In this document: positions 13,252 through 25,863 of the stretch, piece after piece
Position numbering within the stretch: position 1 is the first letter of the stretch
How the letters are laid out: every line of letters starts with the position of its first letter
NCBI RefSeq assembly: GCF_006345805.1
Contig: NW_021832369.1
Coordinates: forward strand, 1-43,018
Direction of reading: 5' to 3'
DNA: 43,018 nucleotides
Origin: Octopus sinensis
Lineage: Eukaryota
Notes under the pieces: model-generated
What the model saw: only the letters and a program-made list of their open reading frames with translations
What the model was told of the DNA's origin: nothing
Database searches by the model: none
Program-made: the position numbers and the translations under genes

Positions 13252-13821
13252 TATTGGGTTCTCCGGAAAGTTCGTGCCGATTTATAGTAGCTTACATTTC
13301 GACCTATTTTAGAACATGGTTGAGTCCATAAAATAGGATTTGACCACACCTCCATTTAGAGCACAGTTTAAGCTATCTTTTCGTGGAGGAAGGTGTATGT
13401 TCCTATAACCTGTGTTAATTCTGTAACCCTTTAAAATGGAAGACAAGAAAGTTCATTTTCGGCACTTGATGCTTTGGGAACCAGACAAAAATTGCTGCAG
13501 CTCGACGGGGATGAGTTACCCCACCTTCCATATTCACCAGATATTGCTCCTTCGGATTTCCACTTATTCAGGTATCTGCAGAATAGTCTTAGTGCTAAAA
13601 ATTTCAATTCCTTGGATAACGTAAAAAGATACTTTGGTGAATTCTTTGCCATGAAACCACCTCAATTCCGGGAAGAGGGTATTTTCAAGTTAAAGGAAAG
13701 ATGGAGACGCATTGTGCAACAAAATGGTTCGTATTTGGTTGATTAAAAATATAATGGCAAGTATTTATTGACCTTTTTCTTTCCTTTAAAAATTGGCACG
13801 AACTTTCCGGACAACCCAATA
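13252..13821 (+). mobile_element. Internally deleted mariner with both TIRs
   Basis: TA|TTGGGTTCTCCGGAAAGTTCGTGCC ... GGCACGAACTTTCCGGACAACCCAA|TA; N-terminus MEDKKVHFRHLMLWE fused to C-terminal LPHLPYSPDIAPSDFHLF...WRRIVQQNGSY. Confidence 0.92.
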
Positions 13822-13919
13822 AATGCAAGCATAGTAGTGTAGCAAGTGTATGCATAACTTTCTTGTCAACTGACATCAGTATCTCAAATTAGTAGAATAC
13901 TCTTTCTCTGAAGAAAGGT

Positions 13920-14790
13920 GCTGCTCAGTATAGTTTCTCTTAGTAGCGATGCATTTGCCCCATCATTGAACCCAGTTATGAATCCCCTTTGAAAAACTTT
14001 AATATGCATTGTCGTACCACAGTTATTGAACCATTTTCACTTTTACTATGTGATCAAATATTGTCCCCGAATTTCGCCCTTCACTGAGCCGAATAGGAGG
14101 AAATTGTGAGATACAAAACCCCAGGTTGTACAGTGAGTGTGAAGCCACTGGCCAGCTCGATTTGCTGATAGCCTGCTTTTTCGCCAAAGATTACCTGACT
14201 GTATATTGTCATAGTGAATGGGAATCGTTTCCAAACTTTTGTTCGGCGCTTTCCTCCTAATGGTTTCTGAAAGTACTTTCAAGTATTTCAATGTACCCTT
14301 CGTGGTTAACGACACAGCCACATTTCAGAAATTCAAAGAGAATATAATCCAAACCATCCCGCAAGTAGTTGAGGTAGTTTTCTGTACAAATCAATGATTC
14401 TTGAAATTCTTAGTTCTTGGAGAAGAGGGGAGCCGCCATTCCATGGACTGAGCCTCTTGGATAATAAAAAAAACATTCACGCGTTTTGTTCCCTATCACG
14501 AATCCTGCAACCGAAACCTAGCTTCAGTATTACAAAGAAGACTTCCATATCCAACCTTCATTCCTAGAAATCGATTTGTCAACTCCCAAGGTATCCATTT
14601 TGTACACACCATTCAGTATCAAAGGTCTTCCATCATATTTTGTAATGCATCGTGGACGCAGTCCAGTTGCGCGGCGAGTTTGCGGTTTATGACTCATCTG
14701 TCTGCACGAATCGATTTGTCCATTCACTGAGGATTCGTATATGTGGTCAGAGTTGATGGTCTCCAGCTGCATCTATTATTTCCTAACTGC
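13920..14790 (-). pseudogene. Old mariner transposase relic
   Basis: Fragments VCTKWIPWELT, QSMEWRLPSSPRTKNFK, TIRRK...IHYDN, FLLFGSVKG, SKGIHNWVQ*WGKCIA; many stops and frameshifts. Confidence 0.7.
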
Positions 14791-15204
14791 CATACTTTTT
14801 GAATCCATATACGAAATTTCCTTAGAAATGTTTTTTTTAAATAAAACTTCAATTACAGCGTTTCTGTGTATACTCTCTGTATAGTATTGTTCAAAAAAAA
14901 CTAAAGACGTGCGTGTGGATGTGAGTGTAATCTATTAATCTAAGTCTTCCTTTTTTCTATACATACATACATACATACATACAGACAGACACAGACTAGC
15001 GACTTCCTAACCTTTCTAGGCGTTCAAGTTGTTTAGCGAACGTCTTAATGGACTAGAAATTCGTACGTGTAAAGCGTTGCTACATGCGTAGGACTTTCTA
15101 AAGTCTAAAATAATTTTACTCTACATCTTCAAATGTATTTAAGACGTCTTTACTGGATGGCTATTCTGGTCTTCTTAATCTTCAGATAAAGAAGGCAAGC
15201 CCCG

Positions 15205-15248
<44 letters not shown>

Positions 15249-15259
15249 TGTGTGCGTGC

Positions 15260-15304
<45 letters not shown>

Positions 15305-15425
15305 ATTTAGAGAAAAATACCTCTGTTAAACAATTAAAAAATGAAAGATATTATTTACACCATATAGAAAAACTCTTATATATTTGCAAAGCAAGCCTTG
15401 CCTTTCATCGTGACCTGGTGGTTAC

Positions 15426-15471
15426 CGCCCGTTGATAAGAGACAATAATCTCGAAACCGCGGTCCGGTGCG
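15426..15471 (+). ncRNA. Minimal type-I hammerhead ribozyme, U3-A8 core variant
   Basis: CGCCCG-UUGAUAA-GAGA(CAAUAA)UCUC-GAA-ACCGCGGU-C^CGG(U)GCG: helix I 6 bp with one bulge, helix II 4 bp, palindromic helix III, GUC cleavage triplet. Folded by eye. Confidence 0.65.
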
Positions 15472-15799
15472 TATCACTAAGGCTTACGAGGAAGGGATGG
15501 CTTCCCCTTGCAAATACCTGAAGGGCACGGAAAGTGTGTCTAAAGCCAGCTGGAGACGTCGATCTCCTGGGGCTAAAAGCTACAGTAACACCCCCACTTT
15601 GTGGTTAGCCATATTGAGATGGCTTTATACTTTACTTTGTTGAGCGGTTACTGTTTACATCTCGCTCTGAGATTTAATAATACTATAAAAACCTTATTCT
15701 AAAAAACAATAAAGTACAAAAATAGTAAATAGTAGTAAAAAGACCACACGCGTTCCCTATAAGTTTTGGAATTATATTGCCTACTATTATTATTATTAT

Positions 15800-16327
15800 T
15801 GAGTGAGAGAGCAGTGCATGCCATCAAAGTGACACTGGGGTAAAATATACGAAGCCCAATATACCCATCATGACTACTCGTCTGATAAGGGTACACCAGG
15901 AACATGCATCACAACCATATGTGCGCGACATGGTGATCTCATATCAAGATAAACAGCACATGACCTTGCAGGTGGGGCCCAGTTAGAATTTTCTTCAGGT
16001 TGAGTGGTCCATCCCGCTCAAAAGGTCCCTGAATAAGGGCTGTTTAAGGATGTTGAAAGAACCACCCATGTTTCCAAAGGTGAATTATTCAAACCCCAAA
16101 GAATCCCTCTCAACACATGGCTATGATGCTCCCCACTACTTCTGCTCGTGATCAGAGATGCACATATCGTCAGCCACTAAGGGACATGCTCAACTGGTTA
16201 AGGTCAAACAACTGACAAGCAAATCTGTGGTATTGAGCAGAATATTTGCTGTAGCCCATCTTTTATACCAAGACAAAACAATGTACATGATAACACTTCC
16301 AAAACAATGTACATGATAACACTTCCA
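15800..16327 (-). mobile_element. About 500-bp (TTA)n-embedded element, copy 2
   Basis: Homologous to 3180-3661; 26-bp tandem duplication aaaacaatgtacatgataacacttcc at 16275-16326. Confidence 0.8.
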
Positions 16328-16399
<72 letters not shown>

Positions 16400-16435
16400 G
16401 TTATTATTATTATTATTGTTATTATTATTATATCA

Positions 16436-16528
16436 AATAAAAAAAGGAAAATGCACACAGTTTACATAGTTTTAATACATATTTTAAAATATATTTTATA
16501 AGTGAAAGCGTATTGTGTTTGTCGACAG
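16436..16528 (-). repeat. Partial Penelope-like terminal repeat, inverted copy of 17679-17765
   Basis: GTCGACAAACACAATACGCTTTCACTTATAAAAT...CTATGTAAACTGTGTGCATTTT aligns with GTCGATAAACACAGTACTTTTTCACTTCTAAAAT...CTATGTAAACTGTGCGCATTTT. Confidence 0.8.
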
Positions 16529-16529
16529 G

Positions 16530-17215
16530 ATAATTCCATCATCTATAAGTGAGGGTTGATATTGTCTCTCAGTTAGTGTTGTTCTGAGGTCTTGAAGATG
16601 GAGGTCCCGAGTATTTCCATCAGACACTATTGTGCAGATCCTTTTCGCTAAATTAAAGGGGATATTTCTTTTGATGTATTTCGGGTGGCATGAGCTAAGG
16701 AGAAGATATTGCTTCGAGTCCGTGGGTTTACGATACGAGTCAATTACAATTAGGTTGTTGAATTTTTTTATCGTAATGTCTAAGAAAGGGAGCTGCTCTT
16801 TGCTATATTCCATAGTAAATTGAATGTTAGGGTTTATATAATTTTGTATTGCTTTAAATTCCAAAAGTGTATCAATGGTCTCATTCCATATGATAAAGCA
16901 GTCATTCAGATACCTTTTCCAGTTTTCTCTTATATAATGGTGAAATAGATATCCATATTTTTGAAGTGTCACTTCAAATTTGGTGAATTCAAAATATCTC
17001 ACTATTAGGTTTGCAAGAACAGGGGGCTGCTTTCGTTCCCATCGCAATTCTGGTTTCTTTCAAGACGATAGCAGGTGTCATCAAATAGGAAATAATTGTT
17101 CTGAAGCATAAATTTTAAAGATTCAATAAGACAAACCTGGTTTATGCGTTCTGGAAGTTCTTCGGAGTTACTTTTCCAGCCAGAATGTTATTGCTTCTAT
17201 TCCAATAAAGAAGAT
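16530..17215 (-). pseudogene. Penelope-like element reverse transcriptase fragment
   Basis: ESLKFMLQNNYFLFDD, AMGTKAAP/VLANL, WKRYLNDCF, LPFLDI, YRKPTDSKQYL...SCHPKYIKRNIPFNLAKRI; frameshifted, with the catalytic DD decayed to ND. Confidence 0.9.
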
Positions 17216-17226
17216 TATATACATAG

Positions 17227-17260
<34 letters not shown>

Positions 17261-17334
17261 ATATATATATAGATATATATATATATGTTGTGTGTGTGTG
17301 TGGTGTGTGTGTTGTGTGGTTGTGTGTATGTATG

Positions 17335-17380
<46 letters not shown>

Positions 17381-17652
17381 AAATATAAAAGATCATATAA
17401 AATAATAGAATATATTTTAATTCGTGATCACATACCCATCACTGTACATATTTCATCTCACTACTTTAGCATTTGAGTTTTTGTATATTCATTCATCTCT
17501 CCACCCTCCAAAAAATAAGCAATTAACTCCACTGTCCCGAATAATAACTATCACCAATTACCTTCCCTTGGATTTTTCTACTTGTTGATTCATTCACAAA
17601 CTTCCATGGATTAAAATCTTCATAAGGAAATACGAAATTATAATAATTTCAA

Positions 17653-17685
17653 TGTCATGATTAGCGAAAGCGAAACCGGTCGATA
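17653..17685 (+). ncRNA. Minimal hammerhead in Penelope-like terminal repeat, A3-U8 core variant
   Basis: UGUC-AUGAUUA-GC(GAAA)GC-GAA-ACCGGU-C^GAUA; palindromic helix III, 2-bp helix II, 4-bp helix I. Confidence 0.5.
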
Positions 17686-18145
17686 AACACAGTACTTTTT
17701 CACTTCTAAAATATATTAAAAATATATATTTAAACTATGTAAACTGTGCGCATTTTTCTTCTTTCATTTCAGGTATATATTTTTTGTACAATGGTAGAAC
17801 ATCTGTCAGGTTTACAGGAGCTGTGGGTTCGTGTTCTACGGAGGGCCTTCAGAATTTTCTGTCTAACGCAGTTTCTGAATCCAATATTTAAATGGTGTTA
17901 TTTATAGCCTTATGTGTTACAGGACCCACTGTTCAATGAAAGAATTATTTGACTCTCTCTTGAAAGTTTATAAATTCTTGTTACGTCAAAAATATGTGTT
18001 TATATATATATGTGTGTGTGTGTACCTGTGTGTGTGCGCGTGCGTGGATGTGTTATACATATGGACGTGCATATAGATGATGAGGAGGAGGAGGAGAGAG
18101 GAGGGGAGGAAGAAGAGGGGCGGAGGAAGAAAAGATGAGGATGGA

Positions 18146-18192
<47 letters not shown>

Positions 18193-18196
18193 CGAC

Positions 18197-18230
<34 letters not shown>

Positions 18231-18608
18231 AAGATGATGGTGATGGTGATGAGGAGGAAGATGACGTTGACGATGACGATGATGATGAAGCATATTCCGA
18301 TAATAACAGGACAGCGACGAGGATGGCAAGTAAGGTAGATAAGAGGGCAGGCAGACAGGCAGACAGGCAGGCAGGCAGGTTATGGTATTGAAATGGTGTC
18401 AGAGAGATGGAACTGTCAAATCGTGATATTTCAGAAAATCCTCGGGGCATTATATACATAAGCACCATGTATAGATACACTTGTACGTATACGCATATAC
18501 ACCATAAGTATAAGATTCCATATTTATGAGTAAGTCAAACATATATATACATATACATACATATACATATACATATATATAAATACATTACAAAGCACAC
18601 ACACACAC

Positions 18609-18667
<59 letters not shown>

Positions 18668-19715
18668 TAGGTGCCTAGAGAAATACAAGATTCTGCATAT
18701 AAATGTATATGTCTATATACAGAGATATATAAACACACATATCTACATATGTTTCAGTGTGTGTCTGCATCTGTGTGCGTCGGCATATTTATGCATATGT
18801 ATGCATATGTATGTGTATATAACTATGCATATATATGTGTGAGCGTGTGATGATACATATACACTCACAAAACGCTAACATATAAAATTAAATATATAAA
18901 TATGTGCATACAGATATACACACATAAATATATGTATATATGTAGGCACATACACAGACACGTATACCTTTAATGTATGCATATATATATATAATATATA
19001 AGTATATGAATTTGTATTTACACACACATATATATATATACACGCATGTGCATATATATATATATTTATATATGCACATGCGTGTATATATATGTGTGTG
19101 AGTAAATACATATATGTAGATATATATATACACATATATATATTACATATATGTGTATGTATACACACATACACACATATATGTATGTATACGAGTATAT
19201 TGTGGTTGCATACGCATATACAGATGAGAAGTATCACAATATCAAATATCTTATATATCACATTTATATGTATGCGTGCGTATAGGAATTTGTTTCTGTC
19301 TGTAATTGAGTGTGTTTGTGTGTGAATGTGACAGAGAGTTGGACGGGAGTGTTCGTCGGGGTGGTGACGGAGGGGGAGGAGATGATGGGGGGAGGGGGGG
19401 TGGGTGGGGTGGGGGTAAGATGCGAGATATAAAAATCTATAAGTATTAGTCATAACGGGTGAGTGATAGATTGAAGTGAAAGAGATTAAGCAACGAAAAT
19501 ATGTGTGTATATACGTCTGTACTTATATGTCTCAATGCGGATCTATATGTGTGTGTGTGTGCGTGTGCGTGTGTATGTGTGTATGTGTGTGTGTGTACGC
19601 GCGTATGTGTGACTATGCGTACATGTATATATATATATATTATATCATAGCATGTATATATATATATACACACACTATATATATACATACATACAAATGT
19701 GTATATATATATATA

Positions 19716-19768
<53 letters not shown>

Positions 19769-19783
19769 TATATATATACATAC

Positions 19784-19830
<47 letters not shown>

Positions 19831-20313
19831 CATGCCCATAGACATATCAGTGTGTGTATGTCGATATATATATATATATATATATATATAATCTATAGAA
19901 GATTTATATAATAATTTCATACACCCAATGTGCAGATGCACACGCACTCATGTACGCACACACGAACAAATATATTCAAAGAGTTATGCGTATCTAGAAA
20001 TATGTAAATATTCATGACTATGTGTGTGCTTTTGCCAATGTATACATGAATGAATATATACACATATACACACACACACACACGCACACACACAGACATA
20101 TGTATATATATTTAAATATATATATAAATATATACATACTTACATATGTATACATGAATATTTACTTATATATATATAAAGATACATAGAGAGATAGATA
20201 CATAGATAGACAGACAGACAGACAGATCGATAACTGATAGATTGTTAGATAGATAGATAAATAGGTTGATAGATAGATAGATTGAGAGAGAGAGAGAGAG
20301 AGAGAGCCAGATT

Positions 20314-20393
<80 letters not shown>

Positions 20394-20545
20394 GCCATAT
20401 ATATCCCCATATATAGATATACAGAAAGAGTTCTGTATATGCTGACCTCTCTCTGTATATCTGTTGTATATTTTCGCATGTATACTCAAATATATGTATA
20501 TATATATAATATATATATATAATATATATATATATATAATTATAT

Positions 20546-20581
<36 letters not shown>

Positions 20582-21106
20582 ATATGTGTGTGTGTCTCTA
20601 TGTATGCTTATTTGTACGTACGTACATAGGTGTTTTATGTGTGTATTTATGTATGTATATTTGTACGTATGTATGTATGTATGTATGTATGTATGTATGT
20701 GTATATCCATGCGTGTATGTCTACATGTATCTATGTATATCTAATATATGTATTGCATAAATATGCAGAGAATCTTACTATTAAACATTTATCACGCGAA
20801 TCCAGATACACTTGTCCGAAGATCGCAAGATCGCACGATCTCAGCGGTGTGAAACTTTTGCAGCGAGATAAGCATCTACCTTAAATAACCTTTCCTCTAT
20901 AACACATATTTGCTACTCTTTCACTCATTACTTCAACACACTTCCATGCAAATATATACATACTCACACACACACATGCATGTATACACACACCCATGCA
21001 TACATACATTCATACATATATGTTGTGTTACATACAAACATACATACATACATACATACATACATACATACATACATACATACAATAATACATACATACA
21101 TACATA

Positions 21107-21282
21107 TGGGCGTAGGAGTGGGTGTGTAGTAAGTAGCTTGCTTACGAACCACATGGTTCTGGGTTCAGTCCGACTTCGTGGTACCTTGGGCAGGTGTCTT
21201 CTACTATAGCCTGGGTCCAACCAAAACCTTGTGAGTGGATTTGGTAGACGGAAACTTAAAGAACCCCGGCTTATATATGTGA

Positions 21283-21335
<53 letters not shown>

Positions 21336-21560
21336 TGTATGTATGTATGTGTGTATATGTTTGTGTCTGTGTTTGTCCCCCAATATCGCCTGACGACCGA
21401 TGCTGGCGTGTTTACGTCCCCGTAAACGAGCGGTTCGGCAAAAGAGAGCGATAGAATAAGTACTAGGCTTACAAAGAATAAGTCCTGGGGTCGATTTGCT
21501 CGACTAAAGGGCGGTGCTCCAGAATGGCCACAGCTCTGAGCTGAAACTACAAATAAAAAT
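21107..21560 (+). mobile_element. OK-like tRNA SINE
   Basis: Homologous to 6846-7255, including the central microsatellite. Confidence 0.8.
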
Positions 21561-22244
21561 GTGTGTGTATAGAGATAGAAAGATAGGTATATGTACATAT
21601 ATGTGTATATACGTGTATGTAAATGTATATATAATGTATATGTCAATATGTATATATCAAAATGTATATATTTGTGTGTGTGCGAGTGTGTGTGTGTGTT
21701 TCAAGCCGCTTATTGCGATCACTTTTTGCTGGAAACTTTCGGATCACAATAACATCAAACGTAGGAGACATTATATTGCGCGTCTTAGCGGCTCGCCAAT
21801 TTTGATAAAAAATAATCGTTTGATGACATTCTTGATTATAATGGGCGGTGAGGGGGGGGGGTCAGTATGTATATCTAGGTAGAGAAATAGATTGGTTGTA
21901 AGATAACCAGCTAAAGCTGGTAAGATACGTGGATGTATGAATGGATAGATAGAAAGAGAGACAGAGACAGACAGAGAGACATATAGACGGGGCAACGACA
22001 GGCAGAGAAATTGATAGATAGATAGAGAGAGAGAGAGGAGAGAGAGAGATGGAGAGAGAGAGAGATGGAGAGAGAAACTACTAGACAGGCTGACCGAGCG
22101 ATACATGGATAGATAGAGAGAAAGATAGACAGACAGACATATAGACAGGCAGACAGACAAGCAGAGAAATTGACAGATAGATGGATAGATAGAGAGAGAG
22201 GAGAGAGAGAGAGAGACTGACAGACAGACAGGTTGATAGATATT

Positions 22245-22288
<44 letters not shown>

Positions 22289-22360
22289 AAATAGATAAAT
22301 AAATAGATAGATAGAGAAAGAGAGAGACAGACAGACTGAAAGACAGACAGACAGACAGAC

Positions 22361-22411
<51 letters not shown>

Positions 22412-22797
22412 CAGACCGACAGGCAGAGAGACAAACAGACCGACACACATACAGACAGACAGACAGACAGACAGACAGATAGATATAGGGTGGAGAGGAG
22501 AGTGACGTAGGTTTGGATTTAGAAGCAGGAGGGGGGGGGACATGTTGAGGTGGAGGTGAAATGATGGATGAAGAAATGGATAAAAGATGAAGTTGTGGGG
22601 TTCGTTATGGTGATGGAGACGGTATGGTGATGGAATTAGGAAAAGATGCTGTCTGTGGCATCATTGTTGTTGTTGTTGTTGTTGTTGGTGGTGGTGATGG
22701 TGGTGGTGGTGATGTGAGACTAGCGAGGTGGAGGTATTGACAGGTGATGCATCAGCCAAGTGACAAAGTGGACATTAGGTCGATCAGAGCTGCAGCC

Positions 22798-22811
22798 ATC
22801 GCCATGGAAAC
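22798..22811 (-). promoter_or_regulatory. RFX X-box-like motif
   Basis: GTTTCCATGGCGAT, 12/14 match to GTTNCCATGGNAAC, in a unique non-repeat island. Confidence 0.25.
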
Positions 22812-23150
22812 CGTGACTCGGGACTGATGGAATTTCTTCTTAACGTCCATCAAAACTTTAACGAACCAAGTGAGGCGTTCACGTCTGGGTCACTATCTAC
22901 GTGTTGTAAGTGCCTCTGTTTGTGTGAGTGCGTGGTATGTTGTGTGTGTGTGTGTGTGTGTGTGCGTGTGTGTACGTGTGTGTGTGTTGTGTTTGTGCGC
23001 GTGTATGAAAAAACGCGCCAAAATATCCATCTATCTATATGTATATATAATGTTTATATATGTATGTGTATATGTGTATATATAAATATTTACATATATA
23101 TATATATAATGTATATACGTATATTTATATATATATATGTGGATATATAC

Positions 23151-23192
<42 letters not shown>

Positions 23193-23789
23193 GATATATA
23201 TTTATGTACGTATATACACATTTATATCTTATATATACAATATATATGTATATATATGCACACACACACAACGTACTATACGTGCAGTCATATATATATA
23301 TGTGTGTGTTTGTGTGTGTGTGTGAGTGTCTGTGTATGTATATAAGCATATATACACATATATATATATGTATATGTATACACATATATATATGTATATA
23401 TATATATATATATACACATATATATATACATACATATGTATATATACATACATATATATGTATGTCTACATATATATATATATCACATACATACGCACAC
23501 ACACATATATATATAATGAGAGTGTGAGAGGGAGGGATTGGAGAGGGAGAGAGAGAAAGAGATACATATATGTGTATATGTATACACACACACACACATA
23601 TATTCGTGCGAATTTATATATGACTGTCGTCTACAGCAGCAGCATCGATATGATCGCCACCATATAAAAGCACTATCAGTAAGAATATCTCTCTGTATTA
23701 CAACAACAACAACAGCAACAAGTACAGCAATAAAGTGCTGATGTCCGCCATATTTTCTATTTTCTCTGAAATTGTTAGGAAATCAGAAA

Positions 23790-23952
23790 TGACCATTATT
23801 TACATTATTTACATTATTTACATTAGACGGATATTTGTCCTCGTTTTGTTTGTTGTTAACACAACGTTTCGGTTGATACACCCTCCAGCCTTCTTCGTGT
23901 GTCTTGGGGAAATTTCGAACCTGGGTTCTCATTTCTAAGATATTTTTCGATG

Positions 23953-23957
<5 letters not shown>
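23790..23957 (-). mobile_element. About 170-bp hammerhead-bearing short element, family A copy 1
   Basis: Homologous to 38668-38828; fold at 23858-23903 is GACAC-ACGAAGA-A-GGCUG(10)CAACC-GAA-ACGU-U^GUGUU (core damaged); starts next to (TAA)n and ends in (AATGTAAAT)n. Confidence 0.7.
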
Positions 23958-24009
<52 letters not shown>

Positions 24010-24048
24010 TATTATTATTATTATCGTTGTTGTTGTTGCTGTTGTTAT

Positions 24049-24408
24049 TCAGTAGTTATTTTTTTATAACGTGCTTTCACTTAATTACCGAGCGCAGCTC
24101 TGTGTGCCTTGGGTATGTGCTGTGGTCTCCTGTGGTGCTCTTATGGTAACTGCATTGAAAGTGTTTTGCGTAGGATGTGTGCAGTACCTAGTAGTGCAAT
24201 TTTCTGTAAGTTATATATATATTTGTAAGTCCTGGTGATTTTGTTATGTATTTGTCTGAATATTTTTATCATACCTAATGCGCCTACTATGATAGGAATT
24301 GTTTCTGTTTTTAGATTCCACATTTGAGTTACCTCTATTTCCAGGTCTTTGTATTTTAAAAGTTTCTCCATTTCTTTTAGAAACACGTTGTCATCTGCTG
24401 GTATTGAT
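24049..24408 (-). mobile_element. R4/Dong-type LINE 3' end, copy A
   Basis: KYKDLEIEVTQMWNLKTETIPIIVGALG...LQKIALLGTAHILRKTLS, then 3' UTR and (AAC/TAA)n. Confidence 0.9.
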
Positions 24409-24473
24409 TTATTATTATTATTATTATTATTATTGTTGTTGTTGTTGTTGTTGTCATTATTATTATTATTATT

Positions 24474-24508
<35 letters not shown>

Positions 24509-24528
24509 TATTATTATCATCATCATCA

Positions 24529-24601
<73 letters not shown>

Positions 24602-24605
24602 CATT

Positions 24606-25080
24606 AGTAAGTAGTATTATTTTTAAAATCGTGCCTTCACTTCACTACCGAGCGCAGTTCTGTGTGCCTTGGGTATATGCTGTTGTTTGCTGTGATGCTC
24701 TTATGGTTACTGTATTGAAAGTGTTTTGCGTAGGATGTGTGCAGTGCCCAGTAGTGCAATTTTCTGTATGTTACATATATTTGTAAGTCCTGGTGTTTTT
24801 GTTACGTATTTGTCTGAATATTTTTATCATACCTAATGCGCCAACTATGATAGGAATTGTTTCTGTTTTTAGATTCCACATTCGAGTTACCTCTATTTGT
24901 ATTTTGAAAGTTTCTCCTCTGCTGGTATTGATACATCAATTAGAAAGCATTTTTCTTTCTTCGTGATTTCTGACAACTATATCTGGCCTATTGGCCTTAA
25001 TTTCTCTATCTGTGTGTATTGGCATATCCAAGAGTATGGTTGCTTTCTCGTTTTCTGTGACCTTTCCTGGCGTGTGCCTA
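24606..25080 (-). mobile_element. R4/Dong-type LINE 3' end, copy B
   Basis: Same family as copy A; extends to DREIKANRPDIVV; two small deletions. Confidence 0.9.
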
Positions 25081-25114
25081 TTATTATTATTATTATTGTT
25101 GTTGTTGTTGTTGT

Positions 25115-25191
25115 TCAGGTCACTGCTTGGAATCGAACTCGGAATCTTGGAGTTAGTAGCTCGCGCTCTTAACCACTACGCCATATACCCG
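25115..25191 (-). mobile_element. Short tRNA-derived SINE with (AAC/AAT)n tail
   Basis: Homologous to 6671-6750. Confidence 0.75.
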
Positions 25192-25389
25192 TTAAATATA
25201 GAACTGAATCAGAAATGATGTAAGGACTTTATAGCAACATGCTATTACGACAACACTGTTATAAACAAGGAAGGACATTTTGAATAACAGTTCTACCAAC
25301 ACTATGGACAAGCATCATCTGAGCCAATGATGGGGCCTCTACGTGGTCGCTTACTTGCTAGAAGTAATAGCCAAATTTTTCCTCAAGTC

Positions 25390-25858
25390 ATATCGTACTA
25401 TATTGATTTCAAATTTTGGCCATCAATTTTGTGGGGATGTCGGGGGGGGGGCTAAGTCAATTACATCGGCCCCAGTGCTCAACTGGTGCATATTTTATCG
25501 ACCCAGAAAGGATGAAGGGCGAAGTCGACCTCAGTGGAATTTGCACTCGGAATGTAAAAACGGACGAAATACCTCTAAGCATTTTTCCTGGCGTGGGAAT
25601 GATTCTGCCAGCTCACTGCCTTAATATAATAATAACAATAATAATGGTTTCAAATTTTGGCTCACGGTCAGCAATTTCGGGAGAGGAGCAAAATCGGTTA
25701 CATCGACCCCAGTGCGTAACTGGTACTTGTACCGACTGCCATGGGATTAAAGGCAAAGTCGACCTCGGTAGAATTTGAAATCAGAACGTAAAGACAGACG
25801 AAGTGCCGCTAAGCATTTCATCCGGCGTGCTAATGTTTCTGTCAGCTCGCTGCCTTAG
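25390..25858 (-). mobile_element. Two adjacent diverged Nin-type SINE copies
   Basis: GATGAAGGGCGAAGTCGACCTC and GGCAAAGTCGACCTCGG blocks with heads near 25620 and 25855. Confidence 0.7.
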
Positions 25859-25863
25859 ACATA

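Larger units (their letters stand above)
17990..23600. repeat. Extended compound microsatellite field: (GAT)n, (TA)n, (CA)n, (AGAT)n, (GACA)n, (TACA)n
   Basis: Directly visible; similar fields at 260-2700, 7950-9110 and 39480-39840. Confidence 0.9.

Noticed and set aside
18077-18391. Acidic poly-Asp ORF
   Set aside because: (GAT)n and (GGA)n simple repeats; no splice or domain support.
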